Assembly (NCBI GenBank): GCA_034171505.1 | Contig: JAXFGC010000024.1 | Span: forward strand, 7,114 to 71,113 | Direction of reading: 5' to 3' | Origin: Candidatus Enteromonas sp. | GTDB taxonomy: Bacteria; Bacillota_I; Bacilli_A; RFN20; CAG-826 | Length of the DNA: 64,000 bases | Shown here: positions 54,942 to 63,269 of the stretch, one piece after another | Layout: every line of letters begins with the position of its first letter | Position numbering within the stretch: the stretch's first letter is position 1 | The notes under the pieces: model-generated | The model's input: the letters and a program-made list of their open reading frames with translations, nothing else | What the model was told of the DNA's origin: nothing | The model's database searches: none | Program-made: the position numbers and the translations under genes

Positions 54942-55713
54942 ATTACAAGCAATGATCGATGCCGCGAGAAAAGCGGAAGTCCACATCATGAAGGTCTACG
55001 CGACCGATTTCGACGTGGAAATCAAAGACGACGACAGTCCCGTCACCATCGCGGACAAAGGGGCGGATGAAATTATTCGTCGGGAACTTTCCGCCGCATT
55101 CCCCGAATATGGCTTCCTTACGGAAGAAAGTAAGGATACCGGGGAACGAAAACAGAAGGAGTGCATCTTTGTTGTCGATCCCGTGGATGGGACCAGCGAT
55201 TTCGTCGCCAAGGACGATCAATTCTGTACGAACATCGCCCTTGTGAAGAACCATGAAGTCGTCGTGGGAGTCATCAATCTCCCGGGGAAACATACGGTTT
55301 ATTATGCCGTCAAAGGGGAGGGTTCCTTCCGGTTGGATCCGGATGGAACCATTACGCGGCTCCATGTCTCATCCCGTAAAGAGAATCTCCGTTCCATGCG
55401 GTCGATATCCCACTTTAACGAAAAAGAAAGTCGATTCTATGAGACTCATAAGGACCGTTTCGACCCTTATATCGAAGCCGTGGGTGCCGCTTATAAGTTT
55501 TGTCTCATCGCAGAAGGGAAGAAGGACTTCTTCATTCGGATTTCCGCGGGTACAAAGGAATGGGACGTCGCTTCGGGGGACATCATCCTTCGTGAGGCCG
55601 GTGGAATCATGGTCGAACCGAATGGAAAACCCTTTACCTACAACCGGGATGACGTCTATAACCGGAATGGCTACGTGATGGCGAATTGCCCGGAAAACCT
55701 CCTATTGGAATAG
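54928..55713 (+). CDS. inositol monophosphatase / CysQ-family 3'(2'),5'-bisphosphate nucleotidase
   Basis: D.SPVT.AD, FLTEE, VVDPVDGTSDF, WDVASG motifs of the FIG/IMPase superfamily. Overlaps the nrnA end by 14 nt. Confidence 0.8.
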   Translation: MYERELQAMIDAARKAEVHIMKVYATDFDVEIKDDDSPVTIADKGADEIIRRELSAAFPEYGFLTEESKDTGERKQKECIFVVDPVDGTSDFVAKDDQFCTNIALVKNHEVVVGVINLPGKHTVYYAVKGEGSFRLDPDGTITRLHVSSRKENLRSMRSISHFNEKESRFYETHKDRFDPYIEAVGAAYKFCLIAEGKKDFFIRISAGTKEWDVASGDIILREAGGIMVEPNGKPFTYNRDDVYNRNGYVMANCPENLLLE

Positions 55714-55790
55714 AAAAATAAGCAAAGGAAATTCCCTTATTTAGGTGCGTATACGCGCGTGGCATAATTTATGCGTAGGAGGAAATAACG

Positions 55791-56027
55791 ATGAAGAAAT
55801 TCTGTGATTTCATGGATGGACTTCCCAAAATCGTGAAGTTTATCTGCTGCTTCTGGATCCTCGACGTCCTCTGGGCCGTCTACCGTATCTGCGAAGCTCT
55901 CATCAAGAAGGATGCCGTCCACTTGATCCTCGCCATTCTCTGGATTTTCGCCGCCGCGACCGTCGGCTGGATCCTCGACTTGGTCTGGATTCTCTTAAAG
56001 AACCGCATCTTCTGGTTCAAAGCCTAA
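55791..56027 (+). CDS. hypothetical small membrane protein (78 aa, 2 predicted TM helices)
   Basis: GGAGGAA SD. Hydrophobic segments FICCFWILDVLWAVY and LILAILWIFAAATVGWILDLVWIL. Followed by a strong terminator. Confidence 0.5.
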   Translation: MKKFCDFMDGLPKIVKFICCFWILDVLWAVYRICEALIKKDAVHLILAILWIFAAATVGWILDLVWILLKNRIFWFKA

Positions 56028-56035
56028 GCAAAGAC

Positions 56036-56075
56036 AAAAAGAATCGCGCCGAAGTTCCGGCGCGATTTTTCTTTT
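56036..56075. terminator. bidirectional terminator
   Basis: AATCGCGCCG-N6-CGGCGCGATT perfect 10-bp stem, with an A-run upstream and a T-run downstream. Lies between convergent genes. Confidence 0.7.
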
Positions 56076-56103
56076 CTTAAGAAACCTTTGGTAGCGAGCC
56101 TTA

Positions 56104-56406
56104 CTATTTGCTGGCTTCCAAGATGGCTTGGGATTTGCGTTCGATGTACTCTGCCATCAAATCATCGGGGATGTTTTCGTGACGAACCGCCATAACCCCA
56201 GGAACCTCTTCCATAAGGATGATTTCCACCCCCGCGGAGATATCTTCCCCCGCCATGATGCAGCCTTGGCAGGCTCCGATCATCGTGACATATACGATTC
56301 CATCGCGAAATCCGACGAAATCGATATCGCCGCCGTCGCGTTGGAGGAAGGGGCGGACCTTGTCGATGGTCGCCTCAATGAGTTTGATTTGCGCTTCGTC
56401 TTCCAT
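56104..56406 (-). CDS. NifU-like (Nfu C-terminal domain) Fe-S cluster carrier
   Basis: I...RP.LQRDGGDI.FV...DG.V.V...GACQGC motif. Confidence 0.8.
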   Translation of the reverse strand: MEDEAQIKLIEATIDKVRPFLQRDGGDIDFVGFRDGIVYVTMIGACQGCIMAGEDISAGVEIILMEEVPGVMAVRHENIPDDLMAEYIERKSQAILEASK

Positions 56407-56562
56407 AACGTTTTGTATTTTAGTCTTTTGGCGAAGCGTTTCAATTCAAATGGCCTGAAATCTGGAGAAAAAGTGAGGAAACCAAGTACGCAACTGAAAT
56501 TTTCGTGCGTTTTTCTTCGAAAAAGGTCCATACTAATGGGGAAGAAATGGAGAAAAACAAAT

Positions 56563-56904
56563 ATGAATTTCTGTCCTGATTGCGGCGCCCCGGTCGAAGC
56601 TGGCGCCCTCTTCTGCCCCAAGTGCGGAAGAAAGTTGACCACGGAAGAAGCCGTGACCCCCGAAGTCGTGAACAAACCGGAAGACGAAGGAACCCTCGTT
56701 CTTCTTGCGAAAATCTTCATGGTCATTTCAATCGTCATTTCCGGCATAGCCATCATTCCTCTTTGCTGGACCATCCCGATGACCGTTCACTACTTCAAAT
56801 CCATAAAGGAACACGAACCCGTTTCCATCGCCTTCAAGATTTGCACCCTGCTCTTCATCAACGTGATTCCGGGCGTCTTGATGCTTGTCGATGAGAAGCA
56901 CTGA
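56563..56904 (+). CDS. zinc-ribbon membrane protein (paralog 1)
   Basis: MNFCPDCG..FCPKCG zinc ribbon followed by 2 TM helices. Start chosen at ATG 56563 (GGAGA SD); ATG 56536 is also possible. The rest of listed ORF 56128..56904 is antisense to nfu. Confidence 0.55.
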   Translation: MNFCPDCGAPVEAGALFCPKCGRKLTTEEAVTPEVVNKPEDEGTLVLLAKIFMVISIVISGIAIIPLCWTIPMTVHYFKSIKEHEPVSIAFKICTLLFINVIPGVLMLVDEKH

Positions 56905-56909
56905 GAATT

Positions 56910-57320
56910 ATGAAATTTTGCCCGAACTGCGGCCATCGCCTCGACGGTGAATCCCGTTTTTGCCCGAACTGTGGCAATGAAATCCAGCCACATCTCGCGG
57001 CGTATTCCGCCAACCCGGAAGCCACCCCCATCGCCCATAACAACGGTCTTGTTTTGGCCGCGAAGATTTTCTTTCTTCTCGCCATCGCTTTCCAAGCCGT
57101 TGTTTTTGTCGATAGCTTTTTCCATACGGATAGCCCCACTTATGTCGTTGAAATCATCTCGAGTGCTTTGCCTTTCGCTTGGCAAATCCCAATGCTCGTC
57201 CATTATTGGAAAACCGTCAATAAAGGAGAGGATGTCGGAACCCCCTTCAAAGTCTGCACCCTCATCTTTGCGAGTCTTGTTTCGGGTATTTTGATGCTCG
57301 TGGACAAGCCAAAACGCTAG
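56910..57320 (+). CDS. zinc-ribbon membrane protein (paralog 2)
   Basis: MKFCPNCG..FCPNCG. Shares LAAKIF, W.IPM.VHY, FK.CTL.F, G.LMLVD with paralog 1. Confidence 0.6.
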   Translation: MKFCPNCGHRLDGESRFCPNCGNEIQPHLAAYSANPEATPIAHNNGLVLAAKIFFLLAIAFQAVVFVDSFFHTDSPTYVVEIISSALPFAWQIPMLVHYWKTVNKGEDVGTPFKVCTLIFASLVSGILMLVDKPKR

Positions 57321-57352
57321 ACGAAAAAGTTTTTGATACTACAATCACCCGC

Positions 57353-57727
57353 ATGAGAGGAAAACAAAGTTCGGTTTTACCCGCCGCCCAACTTAAGGTA
57401 TTGGTCGCCATCTATGAAATATCCCTCTGCGGAGCGGCTCCTTCCCAAAAAGGCCTTCGGGCGTTCTTGAAAGGGGAACCCACCGCGGAAGCATTCGAAG
57501 GTTGCCTTCTTTTCGGCGGTTATTCCAGCATGAACCCCAAACGTCTGGGAAGTCTTCTGGGAATTCTCAAGAAACTCGGTTACGTGGATTCTTCTTTTGA
57601 ACAAGGGGATGAATTCTATTACCTCTTCCCCGATGCCCAGAAAATCGCCGAGAACTATTTGTCGAAAGACCACAAGATCCGAAAAGGCAAAGAACCGACC
57701 CCATTGTTTATCCGCTTAGATCGTTAA
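57353..57727 (+). CDS. hypothetical protein, possibly an RQC-like winged-helix DNA-binding protein
   Basis: The pattern ..QLKVLVAIYEI..G...S.KGL..FLKGE.......LFGGYS......L..LL..L.K.GYV resembles the RecQ-C-terminal (RQC) fold. Assignment is tentative. Confidence 0.45.
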   Translation: MRGKQSSVLPAAQLKVLVAIYEISLCGAAPSQKGLRAFLKGEPTAEAFEGCLLFGGYSSMNPKRLGSLLGILKKLGYVDSSFEQGDEFYYLFPDAQKIAENYLSKDHKIRKGKEPTPLFIRLDR

Positions 57728-57744
57728 TAAGGAGTAGAAACACC

Positions 57745-59457
57745 ATGAAAGAAAAAGAATTACCCGTGTTCGAGGAATGGCCCTTCAAGGTCCCAAACAT
57801 CGCCTCAACCATTGCCAAAATCCAAAAAATCACCGCGGAACTCCGCGCTGCCGCCGATGGCCCCGCCGCCCTCCGTGCTTACAAGAAACACGCGAAGGCC
57901 CTCGACCTCTTCCAAAACGAGATGACCCACATCTTTGTTTTGTTCACCTTGGAATCCGCCAATCCCAAATACGCCAAGGCGATGAACAAGATGAATGAAG
58001 GGCTCCCCCTCATCAGCGCCGAAGAAAACAAATTCGCCCTCGCCATGTTGGAAAGCCCCCATCGCGCGTATCTAGAAAAGAAGCTCGGCACCCATTGCTT
58101 CACGATGGCGGAATACTCCCTCAAATCCTTTGATGAACGCATCATCGAGGAATCCGTCGAGGAAAACAAACTCACGACCGAATACGCGGCCAAGATCGCC
58201 TCCTATTCCGTTGAATTCCGTGGCCAATCCTACAATCTCCCCCAAATGGGAAAATTCATGCAGGATTTGGACCGCGCCACCCGCAAAGAGGCTTCGGAAG
58301 CCTATTACGCCTATATGTCCACTAAGGTGGATGAACTCGAGGATATCTACGATCGCCTCGTTCATCTCCGTGACCAAATGGCGAAGAAACTCGGTTACAA
58401 GAACTACGTTGAACTCGGTTACCTCCGCATGGGCCGTTACGACTATTCCCAAGAAGACGTCGCCGCGTACCGGGAAGCCATCCACGACTATGTGACCCCG
58501 ATTGTGAACAAAATCATGAAGGCCCAATTCCGTCGCACCGGTATCCGCCGTCCCGAAGTGTATGACCTTGGCCTCCAATTTAAGGACGGGAACCCCCTCC
58601 CCAAGGGAACGACCGCGGACAAGATCGAAGCCGCGAAGGGAATGTATGACGAACTCTCCCCCGAAACGGGATATTTCTTCCGTTTCATGGCGGACCATCA
58701 CGTCCTCGACCTCGAAGCCCGCGCCGGCAAGCAAAGCGGGGGCTACATGACCTACTTCCCGAAGTATGGCATCCCCTTCATATTCTCCAACTTCAATGGA
58801 ACCAAGGGGGACGTGGATGTCTTAACCCATGAATTCGGCCACTCCTTCCAAGCTTACTGCGCCCGCAAAATCAAGGTTCCCGAATACCGTCAACCGACCT
58901 CCGAAGGATGCGAAGTCCACTCGATGTCCATGGAATTCTTTGCCCACCCCTGGATGGATCGCTTCTTCGACGATCCCGAGAAATACCGTTACGCCCACCT
59001 CGCTGACAGCATCACCTTCCTCCCGTATGGGGTGACCGTCGACCATTTCCAAGAATGGGTCTACGAGAATCCGAACGCGACGAAAGCGGAACGAGATGCC
59101 AAGTGGCACGAACTCGAAGCCTATTACACCCCTTACAAGGTTGAGGCGTATCGTGATTGCACCTATATGGCGACGGGTCATCGCTGGCTCAGCCAAGCCC
59201 ACATCTTCGAGAATCCGTTCTATTACATCGATTACACCCTCGCCCAAGTGATGGCGTTCCAATTCTTCAACTTGGACCGCAAGAACCACGAACTCGCTTG
59301 GAAGCGTTACCTCAAGTTCTGCGAAATGGGTGGTAAATACCCCTTCCGTACTTTGGTTCTCAAAGGGCATATGAAAGATCCTTTCGCCCCCGGAACCATT
59401 AAGTCCACGATTCGTCCGCTCCTCAAGGTTTTGGAGAGCTACGACATCGAGAAATAA
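57745..59457 (+). CDS. pepF: M3B-family oligoendopeptidase (PepF-like)
   Basis: Zn motif LTHEFGHSFQ, and length and architecture of M3 oligoendopeptidases. AAGGAG SD. Confidence 0.85.
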   Translation: MKEKELPVFEEWPFKVPNIASTIAKIQKITAELRAAADGPAALRAYKKHAKALDLFQNEMTHIFVLFTLESANPKYAKAMNKMNEGLPLISAEENKFALAMLESPHRAYLEKKLGTHCFTMAEYSLKSFDERIIEESVEENKLTTEYAAKIASYSVEFRGQSYNLPQMGKFMQDLDRATRKEASEAYYAYMSTKVDELEDIYDRLVHLRDQMAKKLGYKNYVELGYLRMGRYDYSQEDVAAYREAIHDYVTPIVNKIMKAQFRRTGIRRPEVYDLGLQFKDGNPLPKGTTADKIEAAKGMYDELSPETGYFFRFMADHHVLDLEARAGKQSGGYMTYFPKYGIPFIFSNFNGTKGDVDVLTHEFGHSFQAYCARKIKVPEYRQPTSEGCEVHSMSMEFFAHPWMDRFFDDPEKYRYAHLADSITFLPYGVTVDHFQEWVYENPNATKAERDAKWHELEAYYTPYKVEAYRDCTYMATGHRWLSQAHIFENPFYYIDYTLAQVMAFQFFNLDRKNHELAWKRYLKFCEMGGKYPFRTLVLKGHMKDPFAPGTIKSTIRPLLKVLESYDIEK

Positions 59458-59496
59458 GAAAAAGAGGCCAGAACGTACCCCGTTCTGGCCTTTTTG
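59458..59496. terminator. bidirectional terminator between convergent peptidase genes
   Basis: GGCCAGAACG-TACCC-CGTTCTGGCC perfect 10-bp stem flanked by AAAAAG and TTTTT. Confidence 0.75.
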
Positions 59497-59508
59497 TATG
59501 CTATTTTC

Positions 59509-60981
59509 TCAGTACTTGGAATTGAGATAATCGATGAAGTCCTGCGCGTCCATGGAACGACCCGTGACCTTAAGAATCCATTTATCCGGAGTTAAATAAG
59601 TATAGGGGAAGTCGTTCTTGGCGAGCCAGGCTTTGATGGGTTCAAGATGGCCCGAAGTAAGACAAGCGGAGACATCGACTGTCTTCTTCATTTCGTTGAG
59701 GATCATCGCCCCATAGATATTGCCTAACGCGTATGAGGGGAAGTAACCGAATTCTCCATCCGTCCAATGGATGTCCTGCATGCATCCTTCTTTGTCGTTG
59801 GGGACATCCACCCCAAGATATTCTTTGTATTTCTTGTTCCAAAGGGCAGGGACGTCCTTGCATTCGATGCGTCCGTTGATGAGTTCCTTTTCCACTTCAT
59901 AACGGATGATGATGTGGAGGGAATAGGTGAGTTCGTCGGAATCGCAACGATTGGGAATTGGTTTGACCGAATTGGAGATCGCGTAAATCTCATCATCGCT
60001 TAAGGAAGAAAATTCGGGAGAGAGATTCTCCGTGAGGAGTTTCCGCAAGGTCGGGATGAAGTCACGGCTTCTCGCGAGGAGGTTTTCGTAGAAACGGGAA
60101 TGGGTTTCACAGATGGCCGCGGTGGAATATCCATCCACGTATTCATCGTATTGTTCCTTGGGCCATCCTTGGAATTCGATGGCGTGTCCACCTTCGTGAA
60201 TGACCGAAAAGAGCGAAGAACGGTAGTCGAATTCGTCGTAATGGGTCGTGATTCGGGCATCGTTGATGGAGAGGTTATCCGAGAAGGGGTGTTCGGATTC
60301 ACGAAGGGCTCCACGGGTGATGTCGTAGCCAATCGTGCGGAGGACCGCATAGGATAAAGCCTCTTGTTTGTATTTCGGGAAGGAGGGGAGGTAAGGCTTT
60401 GGCATCGCTTCCTGGGCTTTCAGGGCTTCCGGGATTTTGGCAATCAAGTATTTCTTAAGGGGTTCGAAAACCGCGTCAATCGCCGCTTCGCTCGAACCGG
60501 GTTCGTAGGTGCGGAGGCAGACGTCGTAGAGGGATTCGCCTTCTTTTTGTTTGAGGCGGAGTTCCTTCTTTTTGGCTTCGACGCATTTTTCCCAATACGG
60601 GAGCCAAGAGGCGAAATCGCTTTTGCCTTTGTACAAACGCCACATCTCATTGGACTTGGTGTAGGCTTGACGCATCGCCCCATATTCTTCGGGGGTGAGT
60701 TTTTCCATGTACTCGATGGTTTCGAGCTCCCGGTCGACCAAACGACGTTCCATGTCGCTCAGGCTCGGTTCGTTTTGAAGGGATTTCACCAAAACGATGA
60801 ATTCGGGATCTTTGGAGATGGAGGCGAGCTCCGTGTCGTACTCCGTGAGCAGACTCGCAATCTCTTCTAAACTTTTTTCGGGGCAGCAGGTGGCCATATC
60901 GTAGTTGAGAAGCGAGACGAGGTAATGAAGGCGACGGGCCTTCTCCAAATAAGGCTTGAGTTTAGCAAATGCAGGGGTCAT
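59509..60981 (-). CDS. M32 carboxypeptidase (Taq-type)
   Basis: HPF (SEHPFS), HEGGHAIEF (HExxH), DIHW, GYFPSYALG family motifs. Confidence 0.9.
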   Translation of the reverse strand: MTPAFAKLKPYLEKARRLHYLVSLLNYDMATCCPEKSLEEIASLLTEYDTELASISKDPEFIVLVKSLQNEPSLSDMERRLVDRELETIEYMEKLTPEEYGAMRQAYTKSNEMWRLYKGKSDFASWLPYWEKCVEAKKKELRLKQKEGESLYDVCLRTYEPGSSEAAIDAVFEPLKKYLIAKIPEALKAQEAMPKPYLPSFPKYKQEALSYAVLRTIGYDITRGALRESEHPFSDNLSINDARITTHYDEFDYRSSLFSVIHEGGHAIEFQGWPKEQYDEYVDGYSTAAICETHSRFYENLLARSRDFIPTLRKLLTENLSPEFSSLSDDEIYAISNSVKPIPNRCDSDELTYSLHIIIRYEVEKELINGRIECKDVPALWNKKYKEYLGVDVPNDKEGCMQDIHWTDGEFGYFPSYALGNIYGAMILNEMKKTVDVSACLTSGHLEPIKAWLAKNDFPYTYLTPDKWILKVTGRSMDAQDFIDYLNSKY

Positions 60982-61086
60982 ATCGAGAGTTTCCTACCTT
61001 TCGGAGTTAAGTCTACTCATATGAGTAGGAAGAAGAAAGGAAAAGAACTCGAACTCTTCCTCTGAACCCGATACAATAGAAGCGAC

Positions 61087-61650
61087 ATGGATATCTCAAG
61101 TTACCTGAACAAAGATTACTTTTGTCGGAAGGATTTTGAAACGCCTTGTCCTTCCGATTATGCGATCGTTTTGGGGACTACCCCCGACCGCATGAAAATC
61201 CGCGCTCAAATCGCGGCCCATTTCTATCACGAAGGTTATTGTAAGAAACTCATTCTTTCCGGCGGGGTCCGTTATGAAGATTACGGCAACAAAAAAGAAT
61301 GCGAAATTTTACAAGAAGAACTTCTCGCTTTGGGGGTGCCGAAAGAAGTCATGCTTTTAGAAGGGGAGTCGAAGGACACCATCCAGAATATGCTCTCCTC
61401 TATGCTTATCTTAGATCAAGACCAACTCATCTTCTCGGGTCGACGCATCAGTATCATTACCGAACCCTTCCACATGGCTCGAAGCGTCCAACTCGCCAAG
61501 ATGCTTTGCCCCTCATTCATGGAGATTCATGGATATACCGAGAACATGGAGGAACAATGGGAAAAAGAACCCGAATTGTTCGAAAAAGAGAAGGCCATGA
61601 TTCTGTGGGCGGTCCAAACATATGGAAAGGATATGAACATCACTTTATGA
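61087..61650 (+). CDS. DUF218 (YdcF/ElyC-like) protein
   Basis: YAIVLG......R...A...Y..G...KLILSGG....., E...M...L...GVP.. resembles DUF218 proteins. Confidence 0.7.
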   Translation: MDISSYLNKDYFCRKDFETPCPSDYAIVLGTTPDRMKIRAQIAAHFYHEGYCKKLILSGGVRYEDYGNKKECEILQEELLALGVPKEVMLLEGESKDTIQNMLSSMLILDQDQLIFSGRRISIITEPFHMARSVQLAKMLCPSFMEIHGYTENMEEQWEKEPELFEKEKAMILWAVQTYGKDMNITL

Positions 61651-63236
61651 AACAACGTTATCGCGATTTTTTGAAACTCAATTTCTACCAAATCTACCCG
61701 AAGTCGTTCAAAGATTCCAACAACGACGGCATCGGTGATTTCAACGGCATCACCGAAAAAATCCCGTATCTCGCGGAACTAGGAATCAACGCGGTTTGGC
61801 TTTCCCCTTGTTTTGAGAGCCCGGGTGTGGACAGCGGATACGATATTTCCGATTATCGGAAGGTCGGCCCCGAGTTTGGAACCATGGAAGATTTCAAAAA
61901 GATGATCGATACCTTCCATGCCCACGGCATCAAAGTCATCGTCGACTTGGTCGTGAACCATTGCTCCACCCAGCACCGTTGGTTCCAAGAAGCCCTCAAA
62001 GGGCCTTCCTCCCCTTATTACGATTACTTCTATTGGTTTGATGAAAAACCCAATGATTGGCAATCTTGCTTTGGAGGGACCGCCTACGAATACGTTCCTT
62101 CCTTGAAGAAGTACTATTATCACGCTTTCTCGGTTGAACAAGCCGATCTCAACTGGGAGAATCCCCGTGTTCGGAAAGAAGTCTGCGACATCGTCGACTT
62201 CTGGATTGACTTTGGGGTGGATGGATTCCGTTGCGACGTCCTCGACATGGTCTCAAAAGATTTTAAGAACGGCATCTCCTCCAATGGTCCTCGCCTCCAC
62301 GAATTTCTCCATGAGGTTTTTGGACGGGAGAAGTGCAAGAACATCTACACGGTTGGCGAATGCTGGGGAACTACGGATGAGGAAGTTGCCCGCTTAACCG
62401 GGGAAGACCGCGGTGAGCTCGTCACCGCCTTCCGCGGAGGCCACCCTGCGGATTTGGGACCCCGTTTCCAATACAGCGATCACGTTGATTATTCGCGCAT
62501 TCACGACCATTTTGCGGAGAAAATGGAGGTAAATGAGAAACTAGACCTCGTATTTCCGCCTTTCTTTGAGAACCATGACCAATGCCGTTGCGTGAGCAAA
62601 CTCGCGAACGACAAGGAACTGCGTTATGAATCCGCAACCTTCTTCGCGACGATTCTCTATACCTTACGCGGAACTCCATTTATCCTCCAGGGACAAGAAT
62701 TTGGAACTCCGAGCGCCTCCTATTCTTCGGTCGAGGACTTCAACGATGTTGAGACTTTGAATTTCTATCGCGCGCACAAAGGTACAATGGAGGAAGAAGA
62801 ACTCCTTGCCCTTATGAGTTACGACACCCGTGACAACGGCCGTCGCCCCATGGTGTGGGATGATACCCCAACGGGAGGATTTAACGACGGGGCCAAACCT
62901 TGGCTTGCCCTCCATTCCGAACGGAACCGCTTCTCTTTGGCAAAAGACCTCGCCTCGGAGAAATCCATCTTCCGTTTCTTCCAAAAGATGATCGCCTTCC
63001 GCAAAAGCAGCGACGCTTTGATGTTTGGCCATTTTGAAGATGCGACGGAAGAAAGAAAAGATTGCTTCCTCTTCTACCGCGAAGAAGGAAATGAAAAGCT
63101 TTTCATCGCGATCAACTACGATAAGCCGAGTCATATCGATATCCCCGAAGGATATGAATCTGTCTTCGGCAACTACGACACCGATCCCAAAGGCGAGTTC
63201 CGCCCCTTTGAAACCCGCATCTATAAGAAAAAATAA
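61647..63236 (+). CDS. GH13 alpha-glucosidase / oligo-1,6-glucosidase
   Basis: YQIYPKSFKDSNNDGIGDF.GI..K..YL..LG..A.WLSP, DLVVNH, GFRCDV, GECW, ENHD conserved GH13 regions. ATGA overlap with the DUF218 gene. Start is ATG 61647, inside the listed ORF. Confidence 0.9.
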   Translation: MKQRYRDFLKLNFYQIYPKSFKDSNNDGIGDFNGITEKIPYLAELGINAVWLSPCFESPGVDSGYDISDYRKVGPEFGTMEDFKKMIDTFHAHGIKVIVDLVVNHCSTQHRWFQEALKGPSSPYYDYFYWFDEKPNDWQSCFGGTAYEYVPSLKKYYYHAFSVEQADLNWENPRVRKEVCDIVDFWIDFGVDGFRCDVLDMVSKDFKNGISSNGPRLHEFLHEVFGREKCKNIYTVGECWGTTDEEVARLTGEDRGELVTAFRGGHPADLGPRFQYSDHVDYSRIHDHFAEKMEVNEKLDLVFPPFFENHDQCRCVSKLANDKELRYESATFFATILYTLRGTPFILQGQEFGTPSASYSSVEDFNDVETLNFYRAHKGTMEEEELLALMSYDTRDNGRRPMVWDDTPTGGFNDGAKPWLALHSERNRFSLAKDLASEKSIFRFFQKMIAFRKSSDALMFGHFEDATEERKDCFLFYREEGNEKLFIAINYDKPSHIDIPEGYESVFGNYDTDPKGEFRPFETRIYKKK

Positions 63237-63269
63237 AGGGGACATGTATCCGTTTTCACTTTTGTCACT

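Noticed and set aside
55747-55756. The 10-bp palindrome GCGTATACGC in the spacer of the candidate promoter (TGgCATAAT at 55760-55768) of the small membrane protein gene.
   Set aside because: It is short and GC/AT-symmetric, and no second copy or functional context was found. It is noted but not strong enough to call an operator.
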